The position numbers were made by a program, and so were the translations under genes. Shown piece by piece: positions 57,572 through 64,000 of a DNA stretch of 64,000 nucleotides (positions within the stretch are counted from its first letter, which is position 1; each line of letters opens with the position of its first letter). Below the pieces are notes generated by a model. That model did not search any database and was not told the DNA's origin. It saw only the letters and a program-made list of their open reading frames with translations. This DNA is from Octopus vulgaris (taxonomy: Eukaryota), in assembly GCA_951406725.2 (NCBI GenBank), contig OX597835.1, forward strand, positions 44,330,001-44,394,000. The letters run 5' to 3'.

Positions 57572-57746
57572 GGCGCAGGAGTGGTTGTGTAGCAAGTAGC
57601 TTGTTTACCAACCATATGGTTCCAGGTTCAGTCCCACAGCATGGCTCCTTGGGCAAGTGTCTTCTACTATAGCCTCGGGCCGACCAAAGCCTTGTGAGTG
57701 GATTTGGTAGACGGAAACTGAAAGAAGCCCGTATTATATAAGTATG

Positions 57747-57778
<32 letters not shown>

Positions 57779-57960
57779 CGTGTGTGTGTGCATGTTTGTG
57801 TGTCTGTGTTTGTCCCCCTAGCATTGCTTGACAACCAATGCTGGCGTGTTTATGTCCCCGTCACTTAGCGGTTCGGCAAAAGAGACCGATAGAATAAGTA
57901 CAGGGCTTACAAAAGAATAAGTCCCGGGGTCGAGTTGCTCGATTAAAGGCGGTGCTCCAG
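57572..57960 (+). mobile_element. SINE family A, 3' tip truncated
   Basis: Family A sequence ends abruptly at gcggtgctccag, where the PLE fragment begins. Confidence 0.88.
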
Positions 57961-58019
57961 AACACACCTCAACTATATAATGATATATATATATTACAAC
58001 TAATAGTAATGATAATAAG

Positions 58020-58511
58020 ATGAATAGTATCGTGGCCAAAGCCAGCAATAATTTTTACACCTATCACAACAAAAGAAACTCTGTCTTAGTATCGGAAACC
58101 AACCCCAACAGATTAAAGTTCTTATCCAAAAATTCCAAAATTAGAAACACCACTTACCAATGCAAAATCTCTTCTGGAACCGATGTCTACTTCTACATTG
58201 GCGCAACCTCTTCTAAATTAGCCCAAAGGATCTCCAACCATTATTCCACTTTCAGAGATAAGAGAAAGCAACACAGCACGGGGCTAAGCAAATTAGTCTG
58301 GCGTCTGAAGAACAATAACACTACGTTCAAGCTCGAATGGTCCATTTTGTCGGTGTCCTTCCCGTTTGATAAAGGCAGAAAATTTTGTGGCATCTGTAAT
58401 TCCGAACTTTTTCATATTTTGTTCGCCAAAGTCCCTTTAATAAACACAATTGTAGAAAGATCCTACAGATGTTTACACTGGAAAAGACACACCTTTCACT
58501 CATATAAATAG
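58020..58511 (+). CDS. Penelope-like element GIY-YIG endonuclease C-terminal fragment (5'-truncated copy)
   Basis: TTYQCKISS..FYIGATS..LAQRISNHYSTF..STGLSKLVWRLK..WSIL..CGICNSE..LIN..E..RCLH, the typical PLE GIY-YIG with a C-terminal CxxC...CxH. Open frame but no RT. Confidence 0.8.
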   Translation: MNSIVAKASNNFYTYHNKRNSVLVSETNPNRLKFLSKNSKIRNTTYQCKISSGTDVYFYIGATSSKLAQRISNHYSTFRDKRKQHSTGLSKLVWRLKNNNTTFKLEWSILSVSFPFDKGRKFCGICNSELFHILFAKVPLINTIVERSYRCLHWKRHTFHSYK

Positions 58512-59043
58512 TGACTAATATAGATAACCCTCGATTTCCCAAAAAAATTTTTGCTGTATTTCACCCCAATTACTACTCTCCATTCTTGCGTTGCCTCTCA
58601 CCTCGCCCGATTCTTTCTCTCTTTCGCTATCTACTTTCCTTTCTCTACAGTAAACATAATCGAACACACAGACACAGACCTCTCACCTCACAGCTGTCAG
58701 TTTTCTGACATCTACCCATCCACAAACACAATCACGCATTCAAACACACACATACACACATTAAGACAGTTATATACAGTCACACACACAGGCACTCATT
58801 CACAAAAGAAATCATTTAAACCCACCATTCTTTTGACCTGCACTCTCTCACCTTACTATTCTTATGCCTCCCTCCTCCTACTTCGTTCGAACCCTTGAAC
58901 CTTTAGAACCTTCTAGATTCTTCTACATTCAGCCACTCTGACGTCACTCCTTATAAAGAGACACTCATTATCGCCATGGGCTCCTTGAGAGCGGTCAGCT
59001 AAAAGTTTTTTGTGCATTTTGATGTCGACATAAGTTCCTGGAT

Positions 59044-59126
59044 ATTCCTGATGAGAAATCTGCATAATGTACTCTTTATTCCTTCGGAATTAGGAATATG
59101 CAGCCTTCGAAACATATGTCGAGAAT
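59044..59126 (+). ncRNA. Type I minimal hammerhead ribozyme in the PLE pseudo-LTR
   Basis: TTC-CTGATGA-GAA..CTGCATA...TATGCAG..TTC-GAAAC-ATAT-GTC-GAG. All core nucleotides, the G10.1-C11.1 pair and a GUC triplet are present; about 530 bp downstream of the GIY-YIG ORF, with the module ending in (TA)n at about 59330. Confidence 0.82.
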
Positions 59127-59327
59127 AAAGCATATTTGTTAACTAGTCGTTCAACTCCATTCTTTCATATACTTATAATTTAAAAATAAACATACAAATT
59201 TCCGCACGAAGACACGTAGTCTATGCCCTAGGGACGTAGCTTCAACCGTGTTCTTTCTGATGTGAATTTGCTACCCAGGTATCGGTTATCTTTCGAATTA
59301 TCCTTAATAAGATAATTCATTCAACTA

Positions 59328-59379
<52 letters not shown>

Positions 59380-59380
<1 letters not shown>

Positions 59381-59570
59381 TTGTGTGTCTGTATTTGTCC
59401 CCTTCCACCATCTGTTGAAGAACGATGTTGGTGTGTTACGCCCACGTAACATAGCGGTTCAACAAAAAGCGTCCGATAAAATATATCCTGGTGTCGATTT
59501 GTTCGATTAAAGGCAGTGCTCCAGTATAGATGCAATCAAATAAATGAAACAAATAACAGAATAAGAGTAC
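59380..59570 (+). mobile_element. Diverged SINE family A 3' half
   Basis: gtgtctgtatttgtcc...tagcggttc...gtcgatttgttcgattaaaggcagtgctccag. Confidence 0.65.
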
Positions 59571-59581
59571 ATATATATACA

Positions 59582-59659
<78 letters not shown>

Positions 59660-59896
59660 GTTTATATATATGTATATATATATAAAAACATTATTATTGC
59701 TAAATCTCTCAAAGAGTGATATTCAGTAACATTACCTTAAAGTAAAGACTATTTGCCAACACAATGTTGCTCCCCTGGAAGGAGCGATTGTTACTGTTGC
59801 TTGGCCCCAGGAAAAGTCATTTCCCGCTGACTATAAGACACAATATCTGTGTCCATATATTTTCGAACTGGGGAGCAATCATTGTGGACCGGTTTC

Positions 59897-60077
59897 TGGC
59901 AGAAACGTTAGCACGCCGGGCGAAATGTTTAGCGGTATTTCGTCTGCGTTACGTTGTGAGTTCAATCGATAAATTAAGTACCAGTTACGCACTGGAGTCG
60001 ATGTAATCGACTTAATACCTATGTCTGTCCTTGTTTGTCCCCTCTGTGTTTAGCCCCTTGTGGGTAATAAAGAAATA
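59897..60077 (+). mobile_element. SINE family B, internally deleted, TSD GGTTTCTGG
   Basis: ggtttctgg at about 59891 and about 60078. Confidence 0.8.
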
Positions 60078-60249
60078 GGTTTCTGGGTTATTGATCTTTA
60101 TCAGCACAGAGTAACTGCTCAACTAGACGGCGCTGCTGAATTCCCGTTCGAAAATATATAATTAACAAAGTGATGCACAGTCTGATCTAATAGATAGAAT
60201 CTTTATTTATTTCTGAATCTGTCGAAGAGAGATATTCAGTCAGGACTTC

Positions 60250-60423
60250 AACCATCCTCATCACCAATATTATCATTATCGTAGTTCTCCTCCTCTTCCT
60301 CACCACCACCACCAGCACCACCACCACAACCAGCACCACCACCACTCCCACCACCACCACCACCACCACCACCACCACCACCACTACCACCATCATCAGC
60401 ATCAGCATCATCATCACCATCAC

Positions 60424-60491
<68 letters not shown>

Positions 60492-60645
60492 ACCACAAAA
60501 AACACCATAAGAAGCAGCAAGGTCACCGTTGTCATGGTTTCTCCTCAGTCCTGCACGACGTCATCATGACGTCTTCATTGTCGTTGTCAGCATGTCATAC
60601 ACATCCACGTTATGATGATGGTGGTGGCGGTGATGACGATAATGG

Positions 60646-60707
<62 letters not shown>

Positions 60708-60722
60708 GTGAATGATGATGAT
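60250..60722. repeat. (CAC)n/(CAT)n and oppositely oriented (GAT)n microsatellites
   Basis: Directly visible. Confidence 0.9.
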
Positions 60723-61011
60723 TATGTGCTCTACTCCGACAACTTCGAACCGACGAGACATTATTCTGCGACAGAATGGAATCGGCCAACGTCTTCGACC
60801 GCAACTGAAGTAATTGCTTCTTACCTCATTCTCACAGTGCCGTGCAGCTGATTCTAAATGCTGACTGGCAGATACATATGTGCATACATCCATCAATCCA
60901 TCCATGCATATGCATGTATACATACATATACATACATATACATAGATACGTATTAATATATATATATAAATATATATATATATTATATATATATATTATA
61001 TATATATTATA

Positions 61012-61076
<65 letters not shown>

Positions 61077-61127
61077 ATATATATATTATATATATATAAT
61101 ATATATTATATATATATGTATATCTAG

Positions 61128-61381
61128 GGGTAGGAGTGACTGTGTGGTAAGTAGCTTGCTTACCAACCACATGGTTCCAGGTTAAGTACCATGTGGTCAA
61201 GTGTCTTCTACTATAGTCTCGGGCCGACCAAAGCTTAGCGGTTCGGCAAAACAGACCGATAGAATAAGTACTAGACTTACAAAGAATAAATCCTGGGGTC
61301 GATTTGCTCGACTAAAAGGTGGTGCTCCAGCATGGCCACAGTCAAATGATTGAAACAAGTAAAATAGTAAAAGAGTAAAGA

Positions 61382-61384
<3 letters not shown>
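61128..61384 (+). mobile_element. SINE family A with central deletion
   Basis: Head joined to the 3' half at ccaaagc|ttagcggttcggc. Confidence 0.8.
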
Positions 61385-61440
<56 letters not shown>

Positions 61441-61441
<1 letters not shown>

Positions 61442-61933
61442 CTATATATATAAAACTCTAGTTGTGTGAGTGTCTGTCCCCTTCGATTTAGATTCCTAAC
61501 TCCTCCCACATTTTGCGGTGCAGTTTAACCAAATTCGTGTATCTTATAGTCGTGATTCATATCGAGCCCGTCTGACTATTAGCGCGCGTCAACGATGAGT
61601 CTACGATTTTAAAAATAATTTAACATCATTTTTTATTCCATTTTAATGCATAAAATGCATCGTGTGTCGATGGCGGCGGAGTTGGCGTCCACGCTCACAG
61701 CTGCACCTGTTTGCTTCTCCCCCTTCCCTCCCTCGTGAAGCTGTGGGGAAGGGAGTGTAAAGAAATCAACGTCGTAATGCGTTGTGAAGGAGACCAGCGT
61801 TCTTTTAGAACAACGACTTCATGGCTTGAAGACACCAAAACAAAAATGGCTAAGAAAGCCCGAATTGGCATCTAAAAATGCTTATATAGTTATTTCCCTT
61901 ACAAACCCGAACAACGCCGGGCGATACTGCTAG
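61441..61933 (+). mobile_element. Non-autonomous Helitron with a different internal segment
   Basis: Same TC start, hairpin and CTAG|T end as 57021; about 61655-61870 is unrelated and more GC-rich. Confidence 0.88.
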
Positions 61934-61965
<32 letters not shown>

Positions 61966-62649
61966 CATATATACAAACATACAAACACACATATACTTAG
62001 AGAAAGAAACAGAGAGTGAAGAATGAGAGGGGAAGAAATACGAAGCGGCTAGAACAAATACGGCAGTGCATCTGCATTACACGCTATAGATATGGCAAAT
62101 CTACGTAGACGTGACTGAAACCCGATGCATACAGGACAGATACACATTACTACTGTATAATTCAATCGAAACTTCTTGATTGATATGTGTTAATCAAAGC
62201 CAACGACAAGTCTATGTCCTGCTATCTCTACGACGCTTGAGATTGAGTTTCTTCCAAAGATCTCGTACTTGTACAAGTTTGAGAGAATATGATAATGCAT
62301 ATCAAAGACAGATTTCATCGTCGATGTAGAACCTAGACTAACGTTAAAGAATTAATTTCTCAGAGACGCCATCCTGATTAAAAGCAATGCAATCAAGATT
62401 ATCGATTCTAGGGATATTCATTACTCATAGCTGACGAGACACACTAATGCCGAAACATCAGTTGTCTTAGAGTACCATGCGCAAATGAATCGAGTGTTTT
62501 ATGGACATTCATTCGTCACGGAGGAGTTGTCCTCCTGTGACGAAACATAACTATTATTAGAGATTCATGTTCGAATCTGCTGGAATGTGTTAAGAATAAA
62601 AATTGGTTTTAGATATTGTTACAAGGACAACAATCCTGTGGAGGATGTA

Positions 62650-62810
62650 AGTCGGTTACGTCCCCCACCATGGCTCAATTAGTACTTATTTTCTAGACCC
62701 TGAAAGGATGAAAAGCAAATTCGACCCCGGTAGAATTTGAACTCAGAACGCAAAACCGCGCGAAATGCGAGCTAAGTGTTTTGTCCAGTATGCTAACGAC
62801 TCTTCCAGCC
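62650..62810 (-). mobile_element. Diverged SINE family B
   Basis: gaaaggatgaaaagcaaattcgacccc..gaatttgaactcagaacg. Confidence 0.65.
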
Positions 62811-63122
62811 CTCTTGTGATCAATTAATTGCAGCACCTAAAATTGATGATCTTGGGGTTAAATTACAAACAATTATTATTGTTATAAATATTTCCCTCAC
62901 AATCATCCGTAGACGCAGTGGTATAATCACATTAGTATTAGTAGTTGTAGTTGTAATAGTAGATGTTATTATCGCTGTTGGAATTGCCCAATCAATTGCT
63001 AACACAGCATCACCATACTGAATCCGCAAAAATGGTAAACAGTCAAAGTGAATATCTAAAATGAAGTGTAAGTAGATTATGAAAAAGAAAAAAGAAAAAC
63101 AGAATATAAAAAAAACTTCATA

Positions 63123-63566
63123 GGCGCAGGAGTGGCTGTGTGGTAAATAGCTTGCTTACCAACCACATGTTTCCGGGTTCAGTCCCACGGCGTGGCATCT
63201 TCTGCTATCGCCCCGGGCTGACCAATGCCTTGTGAGTGGATTTGGTAGACGGAAACTGAAAGAAGCCTGTCGTATATACGTATATATGTGTATATACGTA
63301 TATATACGTATATATACGTATATATGTGTATATGTGTGTGTATATGTTTGTGTGTCTGTGTTTTTCCCCACCCCAACATCGCTTGACAACCGATGTGGCT
63401 GTGTTTACGTCCCCGTAACTTAGCGGTTCGGCAAAATGGACCGATAGAATAAGTACTGGGCTTACAAAGAATAAGTCCCGGGGTCGATTTGCTCGACTAA
63501 AGGCGGTGCTCCAGTATGGCCGCAGTCAAATGACTGAAACAAGTAAAAGAGTAAAAGAGAGTAAAG
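63123..63566 (+). mobile_element. SINE family A, full length
   Basis: High identity to the 34716 copy. Confidence 0.9.
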
Positions 63567-63833
63567 GGTATCACATCACGACAGCGTTGAATGTAATGTT
63601 GTATGTATGTTTTTACATAGTATTCGATGAAGATAAAGTTATGTCACAAACACTCATCTACACAGACAAAAGCGTCGCCATCTTGCGGCCAGCTCATTCT
63701 GAACAGCAGCGGTAATTTAACCAAAGCCATACATCTATATACTGTATACTGCAAACCCTCCACTATCGCGGTTGTTACGTTCCAACACGCATCGCGACAT
63801 GTGAAAATCCGCGAAGTTGAAACAGTACTGTAC

Positions 63834-63914
<81 letters not shown>

Positions 63915-64000
63915 ATATTTCATTATTTTTATAATTTGTATATATTTATTTCAATACAAATGCAAAATATCAACACGGTGGAATCGACGTAAGCTTAAAT

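Overview
Repeat-dominated, AT-rich animal genomic DNA with no confidently identifiable host protein-coding exon. The very dense (TA)n/(CA)n/(ATC)n/(ATT)n microsatellites and the SINE families resemble octopus (coleoid cephalopod) intergenic or intronic sequence; this is an inference, not a database match. Almost all ORFs in the track are microsatellite artefacts. Real content: four families of tRNA-derived SINEs (my labels A-D, >20 copies); a full-length but frameshifted Tc1 transposon with long TIRs; two mariner-derived foldback elements; three non-autonomous Helitrons; RTE, CR1 and Tx1-type LINE fragments; and several Penelope-like element (PLE) remnants (GIY-YIG and RT). The most notable unannotated signal is about 13 minimal type-I hammerhead ribozyme-like motifs. 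One has an intact core downstream of a PLE GIY-YIG ORF, and two carry a CCGAYGA variant core. Many sit in short non-coding palindromic modules embedded in (TA)n tracts, suggesting a diverse population of PLE-derived, retrozyme-like non-autonomous elements. Also seen: an RTE insertion with twin-priming-type 5' inversion geometry, a SINE sharing its 3' tail with a neighbouring RTE LINE (tail swap), and SINE self-nesting at a GGT-starting target. All calls were made by eye, and boundaries may be off by some bases.
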